A DNA stretch of 60,259 nt, counting the filler, from Sluysia triapertura (lineage: Eukaryota), in the NCBI GenBank assembly GCA_046118255.1. It is 4 parts of 4 records of this genome, joined end to end, with 100 filler letters (N's around TTAATTAATTAA, not from the genome) between each part and the next. Parts side by side here need not be neighbours in the genome. Positions count along the whole stretch, not along the records: positions 30,557 to 42,439 come from JBJNIA010160931.1; positions 42,540 to 60,259 come from JBJNIA010185612.1; 2 more parts are not named here. One strand, given 5' to 3'. The position numbers and the translations under genes are program-made. Below, in pieces: positions 39,318 through 52,060 of this stretch; within the stretch, counting starts at the first letter, position 1; each line of letters begins with the position of its first letter. The notes under the pieces were generated by a model. That model ran no database searches. It was not told the DNA's origin and saw nothing but the letters and a program-made list of their open reading frames with translations.

Positions 39318-39814
39318 TTAGAATTAATTAATCACGATAATAAGAAAGAAATAACTATACTACGGCAAGCCAATGAAGATTTAACAAATAAAGCTTTTGA
39401 TGTAGAACGTGAAAGAGATTGGCGTGAAAAAGAAATTCGTTATCGTGCACGAATAGCTCAATTAGAAAAAACAATTCGAATGGATATAGGTGAAAAAGGA
39501 GGTATTATAGATGATTTTCAGAAAGAAAGAGAAAAATTCGATAAACAAGAAGGTGAAATGTCAAGTTTAAGGCTACGTAATTTTGAATTACAAAACAAAA
39601 TGGAAGAACTAACAAAGCAACTTAAAATGTATACTAAAGTAAGTTTTATTATTCATTAATTAATAAATTGTTATATTTATATTTCTTGTTTAGGATGTTT
39701 CAGCAAGTCCTGAAGAAATCCAAGAAGCAATAATATTAATTCAACAAAAGAAACATCTAACTCCTACCACTTCAATGCCTGATTTGCACAAAAGAATAGA
39801 AAGTAAAAACGTTG
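39318..39814 (+). CDS. RPGRIP1L: RPGRIP1L/fantom (MKS5)-like ciliary transition-zone protein, two internal coiled-coil exons (39318-39638, 39694-39814)
   Basis: Not in the ORF track. Spliced translation LTNKAFDVERERDWREKEIRYRARIAQLEKTIRMDIGEKGGIIDDFQKERE...KQLKMYTK|DVSASPEEIQEAIILIQQKK matches the fantom pattern SAF...W..KE......IAQLE..LKSD..DK..I.D..K.ER ... EL.EALLLIK. Intron is 55-nt GTAAGT..TAG. Confidence 0.82.
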
Positions 39815-40879
39815 GTAAGTGTTTCTTATAATTTATGTTATGTTTCGGTATTAATATTGTATGACTTTTAAATTTTAAATTTTCATTTATAAAATTTCTC
39901 AGTGATATCTGTCCTGTTCCGATCGGAATAATTCCATTATTTGAAATCTTTTATGGCAAAACAAGAAAGAAGTAACTACAAAATGAAATTTTTTCAAGTT
40001 AATTTTCTTGTTGCTTCTACATAGTAACAATAAAGTTATTCTTTATGGTAAATGGATATTTTGTTAACTGAAGAATATTTATTGTTTTTCTTGTGTCTGA
40101 TTAATTTTTTTAGTAGTAATTTTACAGTTTTCTGCTATATTTATATTGATGCCAGTTCACTATAATAACTATTCTATAATTAATTTTCATGTTTGGTCAA
40201 TTTCTTTTATACTTTATTAATTTTATTTATATTTTAGTGATATTACGTCCAATTTCACATATTTTAATATTGCTGTTATATTTGTTTGGACATAATGTAC
40301 TTTTTCTTTCTAGTTTCTTGCTAATTTCTTCATTTCTATTTCATCCGACATTTGATACGTTACATTTTTTGATTTACTTATTAATTGTGATTCTTTTCAT
40401 GTGCTTTACTTGCGTCCAATCTTTATTTTCATTTGTTTTTGATTTTTACGACATTTTATGTTTATTTTGAAGTTACAAAGATATTTTAATATTTAATTTT
40501 TGTTATAATTTTATTATTAGATTACTTATGCATTTTTACTTATTTTATTATAATTTTATAATCTCACAAATATTATGTATTATATATGTATTTCTACTAC
40601 AATTTAAATTTTTCTGTATTTTGCAAAATTTTTAAATACAAATGAAGTATAAAGTTTTAATACATTGCAATTAAAAATTCATTTTAATTAAGCAGGAATT
40701 AAACATAAAGAAGTACCAAGAAAAATGATACATTCTTTAATATACCAGAAATATGCAGTTCTGGATGTCAGTAATGGCGGTTGGAATTTTATCAATATAT
40801 TCCATATTTCAGAGAACCCTACAGTTAACTCTTGTAGCTTATGTTATAAGTGTTGAGAAAGATTATTTAGTCTTTCTTA

Positions 40880-41340
40880 TTTTCTGAAAAAGAAAACTTA
40901 TTACTAAAAATAAAAAGAAGCTTCTAGAATGTTCTATAATATTCTACCGATTCCTATTGGCTGATGATTAGTATATAAACTTGCATCAGTTTAGTGAAAA
41001 TCGCCATTTGTAGTGTTAGCCATATTGGATTGTAATCATCATTTTGCAGTTAGTTTGTTACAGTTATTTCATTTTTCAAATTTTATTGGAGTTATTCGGA
41101 GTTTCAGTCAATTAACTGATTACATTTTAGATAATTTTAGTATGGTTTCCAACATTAAAATTGGAGTCTAATTTTATCCATTCTTTTGTAAGTTCTATTT
41201 GTTTAAGGTGTTTCATTCTTCTGTATTGGAACAATAAAATACAAAAATTCTTTTTAATAATTTTTAAACACCCCATCTAATGAGGGTAAAATTGTAAATT
41301 AAAAACCATTAAGAGGATAAATATCCTAAGTGATTTTAAT
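40880..41340 (+). repeat. HSE-promoter module copy 3
   Basis: GAAGCTTCTAGAATGTTCTATAATATTC (40917-40944), ATTGG, TATATAAAC, GCATCAGTT, CGCCATTT, AATAAA at about 41233, and CCCCATCTAATGAGGG at about 41271. Confidence 0.7.
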
Positions 41341-42193
41341 CATAAATTATTAATTTTGTTCACTCTTCTTTCTTTATATTATTATTTGATAATAATCCTT
41401 CGATTTGTTGTGAACTTATTTTTCTTTTTATAGGGAAATCTAGAGGATGTTGATTTATAATGTCGTGGCGAGTGTATGTCATAGCATGTTTCCAGCGTAT
41501 GAGCTGGTGAAGCGATTCAGTCGGCTTACATTCGTTATTGAACTCCTTGTTGTTCCTACTTACGTGGTAAGTACTACGTGAATATAAGATTGTCATAATT
41601 GCATTATCGTTAGAAACTGACTTAAATTGACGAAGTGTCTTATTAAAAAGGTTCATTATGGTATGGCTAATACTAATATTAGAGTTATTAAAAACTGGTT
41701 TACTGTGAATGTTTGTCGGTGACACCTTAGTACTTGACATCAATTTATAAACAAATTCGTTGTGTAAGGTATTCAATAACGACATATAATATTTTATGAT
41801 TAGTCTATTAAAATTCAAGTTGAAAACATAAAAACTTTGTTTTAAAACATTTATTTTGGTTATATTATTTACAACAAGATTACGCATACGCCTGGGGCTC
41901 TGTCTCATTCGCATCTTCTTCTTCATTGGCCGGCACGTCATTCTGTAATTAAAATCATAACATATAAGACAATCAATATATAGGAAAATAATGTTACGGA
42001 GAAATTTATTACCTTTAAAAGAAAGCTGGAAGCTTGTGACGTCATATTTATAATTACACGTTTCGGTGAGCTTGCCGTTTACATGGTGTGTGCGGTAGAA
42101 AACTGCGGGCATTAAACATTGTCGAATCTCGCGTCCTGCTTGACTGTCTTTGACTAAAACTCTTGCAGCATCTAAAAGTTCAACATTCTCGAC

Positions 42194-42439
42194 TCCGGAT
42201 ATCTTCATAACTAAACTAGACATCATCTCCTCTGCTATTTTCATTGGATCCTTATAATCAGCACACGCAATATAAAATTCACACGTCGTGAATTCCGGAT
42301 TATGAGTTAACTCTGCATCTTCGTCACGCCATTGTTTATCAACTTCAAAAACACGAGGAAAACCGCCAACTACCGATTCTTTTAAATATAATTCTGGTAC
42401 AATTCTCATGTAAACATCTAGATCGAACGCATTATGGTG
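42194..42439 (-). pseudogene. KARS: Degenerate lysyl-tRNA synthetase fragment (class II motif 2 region) fused to unrelated sequence
   Basis: HHNAFDLDVYMRIVPELYLK..VVGGFPRVFEVDKQWRDE..LTHNPEFTTCEFYIACADY. The conserved FRNEG and YMAYADY motifs are altered, and similarity stops after KISG while the ORF runs on to 41360. Confidence 0.85.
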
Positions 42440-42539
42440 NNNNNNNNNNNNNNNNNNNNNNNNNNNNNNNNNNNNNNNNNNNNTTAATTAATTAANNNNN
42501 NNNNNNNNNNNNNNNNNNNNNNNNNNNNNNNNNNNNNNN
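42440..42539. other. Artificial scaffold-joining spacer
   Basis: N44-TTAATTAATTAA-N44. Confidence 0.95.
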
Positions 42540-43239
42540 TAGATGTTAATAAATGAATTAAAAATTTAATTAATCCAGCTTGATCATCGTCAAAATAACG
42601 GATGAATATTCGTGTATCTATCCTGGTATTGTTTGTAAATACACGGGCCGCCACTTTGAAACCACTGGCTTAAGGTAAGAAAATTCATTATCATGGTTTA
42701 ATATATTCGATTGAAGAAAGGAATTTTATGAAATGTTGATTTTATTGTTATGTTTAGTAATTAAATGAAAATTTGTGACATATTTAAAGTTTGATTTGTT
42801 GTGGTTTTCAATAAAATTTTGATATAAAAGGTTGTAACACCAGTCTCTAATAGAAATTACGTCATCGTTGCTATTCATTCATATCTTACAATTAAACTTT
42901 GGTAAATTTTAATTACTGAAAATGTGATTAAAAAATCTAAATTACCATCCACACAAAAATAAGTACTCTTTTAGAAATAAATGAAACAATTCAAAAATAT
43001 TTTCTATAGTTATTAAAAAATATTTGCTTGTTTCAAATATATAAAAAAATAATTAGAATAAATTTTTCAACAAATATTGCAAATGAAATCGTTTAAGCAC
43101 TTATTAAACATAATTTTAATTAATAGTTTCAATGTTTGTCATTCAAACATAACTCGGACATAAAATATTCACTAAAGCTTTCAATAAAAATTTTAAACAT
43201 CTCCAGAAGTTTATTTTAAAATATTAAACTAATAAAAAT

Positions 43240-43828
43240 CGATTAAGAAAATTCATAAGTACTTATTAATAAAAACGGATTACGTCGAATCAGTGAATAA
43301 TTTATTAGCAAATGGGTCATATTTTCCAAAACAGCAACCAATATTAAGTAGCATGCATACCATAATTCTCATGGATGTACATAACTATTTATTATTATCA
43401 TTATATACTAAATAATTAATGAACTGTCTATAAATCATTAAAAAGTAATAAATATTTAAACAATTACTGAAATTAAATTTATTGTTTAGGATAACTGAAA
43501 TTAAAATTAATGAATTTAATTAAGTAATTAAGTATTTATATGATAAATAATTAATATAAAATGATTATAAATCATTAAACATTTAGAACAAAAATACTTA
43601 CAATACTAAAGTTTAGAATGCTTTTTTTAAAAAATGTCTCTAAATATTTATTTTAAAATAATTATTTTAATTTAAGAAATTTCGAAATTCAGTACGATTA
43701 AGAAAATTCATAAATACTTATTAATGAAAAACGAATTATGTCGAATCTGAACTTCAGTGGATAATTTATTAGCAAATGGATCGTATTTTCCAAAACAGCA
43801 GCCAATATTAAGTAACATTATGCATACC
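43240..43828 (+). repeat. Direct repeat pair of about 125 bp (43240-43362 and 43696-43828)
   Basis: CGATTAAGAAAATTCATAA...TTTCCAAAACAGCA.CCAATATTAAGTA...ATGCATACC occurs twice with small indels. Confidence 0.85.
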
Positions 43829-45899
43829 GCTATCCAGCTGATATATATGTATATATGTAACAATGTAACATATGTAATACGGTGTATATAAATATTTTAT
43901 TATTAGTTTTAGTTCTATTATTGTTTTATTAGTAAACTTATTGTATAAAGAAATATATTAAAAAATCTTTAAAATTATAAATTAAACAATTAAGTACAGA
44001 TGAAACCAGATTTTAAGTTTAAATATTAATCATTAATGCGTTTAAAAGTACATTTAATTAAGCGTAAAAGAAGTTATATAAAGTCACCATTTTAACAATT
44101 AACAATAAAAAGATAAAAGTTAAAATTTTTTGTGCTAATTGAATCAAAAGTTTAAAGTTGTTTTTAAGCTAAGATTTGTCAGAATTTACAATGTGATCAT
44201 TCAACAATTATTTTGATTTATAGTTTCTTGGAGGTTATTTTCTGTATCATTAGTTTTTTTAATTAAGTCATTTGCGTATTTAAAGCTAATAAATAAAGAA
44301 TAATCGTTATAAAGTATTACGTCTTCATAGATAAGTTAATATCATATTTGTTCAATAATATATTTTGATAAAATATGTATTTTTATTTTAAGAAATTTTC
44401 TTATTAAAGAAGTACAATAAATAATTCAAAGTGAAACTTTTAAAGTTTATATAAAGTTTTACAAAATATTTTTTGAAATAAAAATTACATTTTTCAAGGT
44501 TCGATTTAAGAATCCTAATAAATTGTCAACAAAATCTTTAAAAAGTTATATTTAATCGTCAATAAATTCTATAGTCATAATCTTATTTTAAAATCCCACT
44601 TTTGTATAAAATAAAGAATCAATATAAAATACAACTTTCCAATGGTTCAATTTAATAAAGGAATCATAAAATATTTACATTAACTCGCCTGAAAAAGCAA
44701 AATATCAATGTTGTTAAATCTAAGTAAGATTTAAATTTCATCTAACCTCGCTGTAACGCGGAACACTAATCCTCTATTATAATCTTTAAGAATATCTTCA
44801 AAGAAATATTCACAAGTATATCATTTGTTTTCACCTTTGAAAGTTAACCTCCACTAAGTATACATTATTATTCTTTAAAAAATCCTTTGGACTAGGATCG
44901 TAGATGAACTCGCACACACGAATATTTATTACCGTCAGGACTTAAGAAACTTATTTTAAAATATAAACAATACATAATAAACTTGATTGTGTGACGACTA
45001 AATAAACTGATTGATATTTTAAATATTGATTGGTAAATCATACTACCGCTATTTAAAAGTAGTATATATCAGAAGATCATTCAGATGTCCATCTTCAAAA
45101 TCAGTCAAATAATCTCAATAATAATAATGAAGAAACAAGCATAAATAATAGTTCTTAATTGATCATACTTTGAAATAATGCATATCTTTGTATAATTTAC
45201 ACATCCAACTTCTAAATATATATTTTCAAGTCATTGTATAGCGGTAAAGCAACATAATACTCATGCTGATATTTAATCTTTGGAAAATAAAATTCTTGGT
45301 TATGTCTAATGAAATGTCTGTAATTGATTGCAAACAAAACGTTACAATAATATCGAACATTTGAATGTTCTCTAATCGAATGTCTTGCCCAACAAGTATA
45401 ACTGCATGGATGCATTATTGAAATGTTAACTTGAACAAATGCTAACTTGAATTGTAAATCAACACAATACTCAGTACTCAAAATAATAAAATGCTTAAAT
45501 ACTTTAAAGTAATGAGAAACAAATAATTGTGCTCGAGTGAATTGAAGAAAAGTTGTTTATTATATCTGTTTGATAAACAAGTTAAAAGGTTATGAGTGCC
45601 TGTGGTGTTTAAGAAATAAAAATGTAATCAATAGACTGATATTTAACCCTCAGAAAATATTATCGAATGATTTGAAAATGTTGGAATGTTTGGATTTTGC
45701 GTGCTGAAATGCAATAGTGAGAATAATTGTGAGCACGAACATTACTGAAACAATATACGGAATGATGGGATGTTATAAATATTATTAGTGTCTGTAAATG
45801 AAATCATAATAAATTTTGGTACGTAATAGCACTAATATGTATAAAAAAATTATATGTTAAAATTGTGAAGTAAACTTTCGTTCATATTTTAATAATTTA

Positions 45900-48800
45900 T
45901 AAATTTTATATTGGTTGAAATTAAATGATTTGATATAACAGTTGAAGATTAAATTTCATTCAACTTTTGACTATAAATACCAGAAACATATAAAAAAAAG
46001 AAACAAGGAAATTTATAATCAACAAAATCAGTACAACAGAATGACAAATACTTGTATCAATATGAACAGTATCAAGGAGAACTTTATTGATTCAATGAAA
46101 TATACCTGGATATTATTATTTAATTCGGCAGAAGCTTTTGAATATTATTAACGATACTAACAAATGAGTTTTAAATTTCGGCCTAAAATTATAAAATTAA
46201 ATTTTTATTTTTTCTTATTTTTAATAACTTTAAAATCAATATTTTTAAATGATTAATTGTGTTAATGTTTTAATTTACTTTTTAATTTTATTCAGATAAA
46301 TAAATACGTGAAACTTGTTTATTTAGTAGGAGAACTCACTTTCTGAAATACGAAACATATTAGTTAGATAAAATCGACATCGAATAATAAATTCGCTTAA
46401 ACAAAGATAAATCAAAAGATTATTAAGTGGATTTTGGGAAATAGTTCGAGTTCAATATTTAGTAAACAAGTAAAACTTAGAGTATTATATACACAATTAT
46501 TAGCTAATGCAAAAACGATTTCTAAACACAGCAAGGATAAAATAATAATCGAATACAAATTAACATTAAAATATTATTAAATTATACATCATTATAAAAT
46601 CATAACTCATTTCGGTATGAGACTGACGATTATAAACCAAACAGTACCAACATATTTATCAGATTGCTGACAAAACCGAATAACAGTATAATAATATACT
46701 TAAAAAGATATTTAAATTTTAATTAACAAATTAGTAGCTTCAATTAAATAATCAAATACATCTTTTCAAATTCATCATGTAAAATTAAAATTTGTTTTTA
46801 ATTTTATTAAGTTCATCCTTATTGTAAAGTACAAGGAACGATGTATTCATTAAGTCAAAAATTGTGGCATATAAATAATTAAAATCTTGGTACGAAAATC
46901 AAAATATTAAAATTATATTAATATTAATTATAACGAAGAAGTATTTTTGTAAATTAATTAAATGTATGACAATTAAAATATATTATTTTAATCTAATCAT
47001 GTAAACCAACAAATTTTATAAAATAATTAATTAGTGAATAAATACGTAATCAATAAATTTTAATAAATAATTAATAATAAATTTATGGATAAGCAAACTA
47101 ATATAAAAGACATATTACGCACACAATAAAGGAATAAATAAATTATTCTAAGCTGCTTTTTATCATAAACCTCTGATCTGCGAAACAGGCTTATTTTACT
47201 TGTCAAATAATTATTATTACGTATAGAGAAAACTGCTTGGACAAACTAGAAAATCTTGGAAATATCATGTATTAATTCCGTAAGTTTGTTATTTTAAGTT
47301 TGCTCTTCTTTAAAGGAAAAGTTAAAATATTACCTAAACTTGCACACACATTTCTGAATCCAACTTAAGCTAGATATAATCTTACTTGTTGATACGAATA
47401 GAGAACATAAGTATAAACCAAACAACAAGACAATAGATACAAGTTTAACAAGAAACAGTTTTATGGATTCTGTACTTGCGGTACACTCAGTTCCAAAATT
47501 TATCACAAAATAAAATCTTAATTTTTGCAAAATCTCTTATCCATAAAGTGGACCGTTACAACCTTCAGTATAGTAGTGTATCAAAGTCAAGTAATATAAA
47601 TTTTGAAAATTTTTAAAATGTTATTAATTCCTATAAATGCGTCTCTCGAACCAAAATAAACCGCGTATTATAGAGAAACCCAATTAACAAATAAACTAAT
47701 TTTGCAAAGATATAAGTTAAAGTTATTAAATACAAAAGGTTAAGGTTAAATTTAAGACTTTAAGAACAAAAAAATTAAAAACACTTGCAGTATACTACTA
47801 AAATAATACAAGTAAGATATTTGCGAAGTTCCATCATTTCGTTTAGCATTTGAAATCTTTAACTAACAAAATTTCGTACTCGATAGTCATTTTATATTGG
47901 CTAATTTTTCGGATAATTTTATTGTAGTTACACCAGTCCATGTATTCTTGCAAGTTGTATTAGTGGAGCCATATCATTATTTGAATTTGATGTACCAGTT
48001 GAAAAAGACACTTTCGAACTTATTAATTCAAAGCGTGAAGAAAGCGAAAGCGGTGACTCTGATGGTGGTGTTAACTTGCACACGAAGAAACGTTTTATAT
48101 GTAAGGTTTTTGCTTTTAGTAATATACCGTTTAATCTATTAAAAACGACTGTGAATGTACCGAAATTATGTCTTAATAAAATCATGTTAATGTGTTATTT
48201 TATTCGCCCTCATCAACTTAACATAAATATTTTGATGTGCCTTAAGCACAGTTTTTGTAATAATTATGTCGAACTTTATAAAGAATACAAGTTTTTTGAG
48301 TTAAAAAAGAATGTTCGTAACATAAGTATAACGTCGTACGAATAAAATCTAATACAACCACTATAAAATTAAATCAAACTACAATATAAGCCTTTTGAGA
48401 TTCTAACAATGAATGTAAGCGTAAGGTTAATCGCAAATAATGTAAATATAAAATAATAAATATAAAAGGAGCTTGGAGAAGTGTACAGTAAATCATTATA
48501 CTGATTCTTGTAATGAACAATATGCTAACGATATATTCAATAATTTAATGTCCTCCTTCCTGTTGCTGTTAATTCAATTCGTCGCAATTACATCAACGAT
48601 TTATCAAGTACAGATGTATGTCGTAAATCAGTACTTTGCTCATATACAGCTTACCAAAATGGCGAATGTACAAAATTCGGATCAGATTGCCTGTATATAC
48701 ACACGGTCAATCAATTGCTGGATGATATCTCTAGACTGACAAAAGCATTCATAAGTATCGGCGTACCAACTCGAGATATATTTGATAACATTGGTTTTAC

Positions 48801-49333
48801 TGATCATGATAGGGCAATCATTTTTTACTATCACATTAAAAATAACTTGACTTTTGATTATTTTTCAGATAGTGAAGCATGGCCGTCGGAGAATAGCATA
48901 TACGGAACAAACATTACAAACATTAAAATTTTTATCTTTGATACAATGAATAAATTTTTAGATGTTCACCAATTTTCAATTATTATTTAAAAAAAGTGTT
49001 AATTTAATAAAAATTAATTTGAAATTAAAATGTTTTAAAAATCAAATAAAATTTTCTAATAGAAATCAATTTTCAGCTAAAGTAATGTTAATTTCTAAAA
49101 CAAACAATTCTAAAGCAATGCAATTAGTTAATATATTCCACCAATCTGATTTTATTATTTCACAAAGATTTGTTGAAGTTTTGCTCGAAAAAGTGTTGAT
49201 ACATTTAGTTACAACATGTTCACTTTCTATCGGAAATGCTGGATTAATATCGAATATTACAACTCGAATATTCGGTTTTATTGTTGTTATAGTAACAAAC
49301 ATCTTAACTTTCGAAGGGTTTAATTATTATTAA
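45900..49333 (+). pseudogene. Multicopy EF-hand-like gene family, copy C (longest span, interrupted)
   Basis: The N-terminal piece 45942-46400 (KFHSTFD, IKENFIDSMKYT) matches copy A. 48236-48249 matches copy E. 48390-49080 matches copy B at DNA level (DYFSDSEAWPSENSIYGT vs DYFLDSEIWSQTNCIYGT). Confidence 0.6.
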
Positions 49334-49438
49334 TTGTAATATTGATAAAATTTAAATAAAAAATAGCCGTCTAGTGATATTTGAATAAAAATAAATACAA
49401 TAATTCACAAATTTATTGAAAAATAGTTACATAAATTT

Positions 49439-50742
49439 TCAAATAATATCCAAAATTGGATTTTTCTGAATAACTTTTCGTTCTGCCTTACCACCTTCAT
49501 TATGCAACAAAACCAGTTCTTTATTCTCCACGACACATTCACATTCTTCTCTAAGACGACCACCGATTTCACACGCAAATTTCTTATTTGAATTTGGAGC
49601 TATGCATTCACCGTCGGAGGATTTACACTCTTAATAAGATTCATTTTAATGATACCTGAGAATTACATGCTTACTTTTTTCGACAACCTCAGTGACTCCA
49701 CCCTTCATGCACTCCAGTGTAAAACAATCCAAAACCCACTTATTTCCAACTTCGTAACGTTTTTCGGTACCTTTGTGTTCGCAATATTCAACTAAACTTT
49801 TATTGTTTTTTTCATTATTATCTGAATAAAAATTTAATATTTATATTAGTTTATCTACTTATTATAATAGATAGATAATCTATTATTATTATATAAATAA
49901 AAATAAATATTTACATTAATTTATCTACTTATTATTATAGATAGATAATCTATGACTAACTTTGTTGAACAACTTTTCCCTTTACACCTGTATTTTCACC
50001 ATAACCGAAATTATCCTGAAGACAAATACAGGACTGATACTCATCGGATTTAACACGACACGGATAATTATCGGCATTTAGTGGTACACACGTTCCATTT
50101 AATGTTTTACATCCTGTATAATTAAGTATTAAAATGTATTAATCTACTTACTAATATAAATAGCTAATTTTAATTTAAATTAAATAACCCTTACTTGCTG
50201 TAACATAAGGAAGTCCACTGGAACATGAAACTATATTACACCCTACAACCCATTTATCTCCTTCTTGATATACCTGATCTTTGAATATGCACTGTGATTT
50301 TACTTCTGTCACTACAATAATCAAATCAAATCAATAAGTAATTAATTAATTAACAGCAATACGAATATTGGGACGTCTGGTAGTACATATTCCAGGAGCA
50401 CCATCGCTTAATACTCTTTGACGACGTACAAGCATATTGCCATTCTTTTTCATATTTGAATGGCAGCACACATGTTCTGTTATCTTCTGTCTTTGTCTTC
50501 TCTTCTGTTACGTCTAAGAAGAGTAATTTTGGTTTTAGTTAGTAATATAAACGTAGAAAAAATCAAATCGATACTTTTATCAAAATGAATGATAATATAT
50601 TCAATATTTTGTTGTTTGTGTCCGGTTTCCGCTTCCACGTATTCCACAATTTTGCACTTACAACGCCAATTCAAAGCTCCGTTTAAGTTACACGGGAAAT
50701 ATTGACTTTCTTTGTAACACTCGCCATCAAATCCCATACACA
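49439..50742 (-). CDS. Cys-rich extracellular mosaic protein with a fibronectin type II module and repeated VWC/FN1-like Cys units; 5' end unresolved
   Basis: Exons 50575-50742, 50355-50513, 50195-50311, 49961-50113, 49675-49821 and 49439-49629 splice in frame through phase-1 GT-AG introns. FN2 motif: CVLPFKYEKEWQYACT...RWCSWNMYYQTSQYSYC. Confidence 0.8.
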
Positions 50743-50889
50743 CTGAAATAAAAATAAATCGGAAATTATTTACTTACATTAGTAAGTAGATTAAAAAATA
50801 TTTGAAATTATTTGAAATATTTTAAATGAAACAAAGTTAATTGAGACATACTAAATGCGAAGCAAAAAGTAGGAAATATAGACTATTAT

Positions 50890-51470
50890 AAGGATTCAAA
50901 AAAGGGTAAATATTAATTAAATAAAATGTCACATATTCGAAAATTTATTAATAAAGAAACAGCTAAACTTATTGTTTATTCATTGATAACTAACAACATA
51001 GATTTTAACAATGGTTTATTGTACTCATTATCATATAGAAAAGTGAAAAAATTACAATTAACAATTAATTAAGCAACAAGACTAATTTTCCAAGAAATTC
51101 TACTAATTGCCAGTAAAAGCAAAAATAGAATTCAAAATTATGACAATAATTTAAAAATGCTTACCTTACGGAATATTTTTTAGAAATGATAAAAAATTTG
51201 AATCAAGATGACTATTTCATTGAGACATAATAATAATCTATACAGAATCCACAGTGATAACAAGCTAGGTGATAGGTTGTATAGCGTTTATTTTTCAACA
51301 ATATACAACCAGAAAATGTCAAATTACTGGAAAATTGAGATATTTAAGAAAAAGACAAAATTGTTTCTGTTTCAGAAATATTATAGTGAATGATTTAATT
51401 TAAGCGCTTTTGAGTAGAATACTTTATAGTAGATATGAGCGCAATATAAATTAATATATTATTATTATTA
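50890..51470 (+). mobile_element. 5'-truncated L2/CR1-type LINE
   Basis: MSHIRKFINKETAKLIVYSLITNNIDFNNGLLYSL...KLQLTIN*ATRLIF and GDRLYSV...IFKKKTKLFLFQKYY* match the L2 ORF2 C-terminal patterns (LDYCNSLL..L, GDRAFSV, FKK.LKT.LF). Ends in a 3' stem-loop and ATT tail. Confidence 0.8.
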
Positions 51471-52060
51471 CAGAATACCCGATTTCATAGTTATATATTA
51501 AAACAATAACAATGACCTTACATTTTATTCTATTAATAATATTTTTATTTTTATCTCACGTTTCCAATGACAATAGTCAATTATACAATTTAGTCTTATT
51601 TTGCACTGTTCTTAGTGTGTCCTCACTCATGTACCATTTGCTGCCAAAAAAACATCAATGTCTTAATAAAATCAAGATTAGTGCTACTTTTCGTAAAAGA
51701 ACAGTAAAACTTTTCGTAAAAGAAGAGTAATAAATTGTTTGTCCGAATATTAAGATAAATACCAATAAATAAATTGGATATTTATAGTAACACAATTTGT
51801 ATATTAATAACATTTTATTTTTATAAAATTTGAATCTAAACAATGAATAATATATTTTCGTATTTCAAAAAGTCACATTTTAATCCATTACGTCCATTAT
51901 GTAAATCTGACATAAAAGTGCATTATAATTATAAACTATCATCAATTATTACGGTTACTAAAACAAATGATAAGCAAAAGCTTAAAATAGTACTATAAAT
52001 AGATGAGTGAATTTAGTAATTTCTATTATCATTATCATTATTTATTTTGGAAAATTAAAT

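Noticed and set aside
16934-42539. Three identical TTAATTAATTAA motifs within N runs as a biological repeat
   Set aside because: The fixed 44N-12-44N format with six-frame stops marks an artificial concatenation linker. Adjacency across these points is meaningless.
49838-49953. Tandem ~46-bp duplication
   Set aside because: A local slippage duplication inside an intron, with no sign of function.
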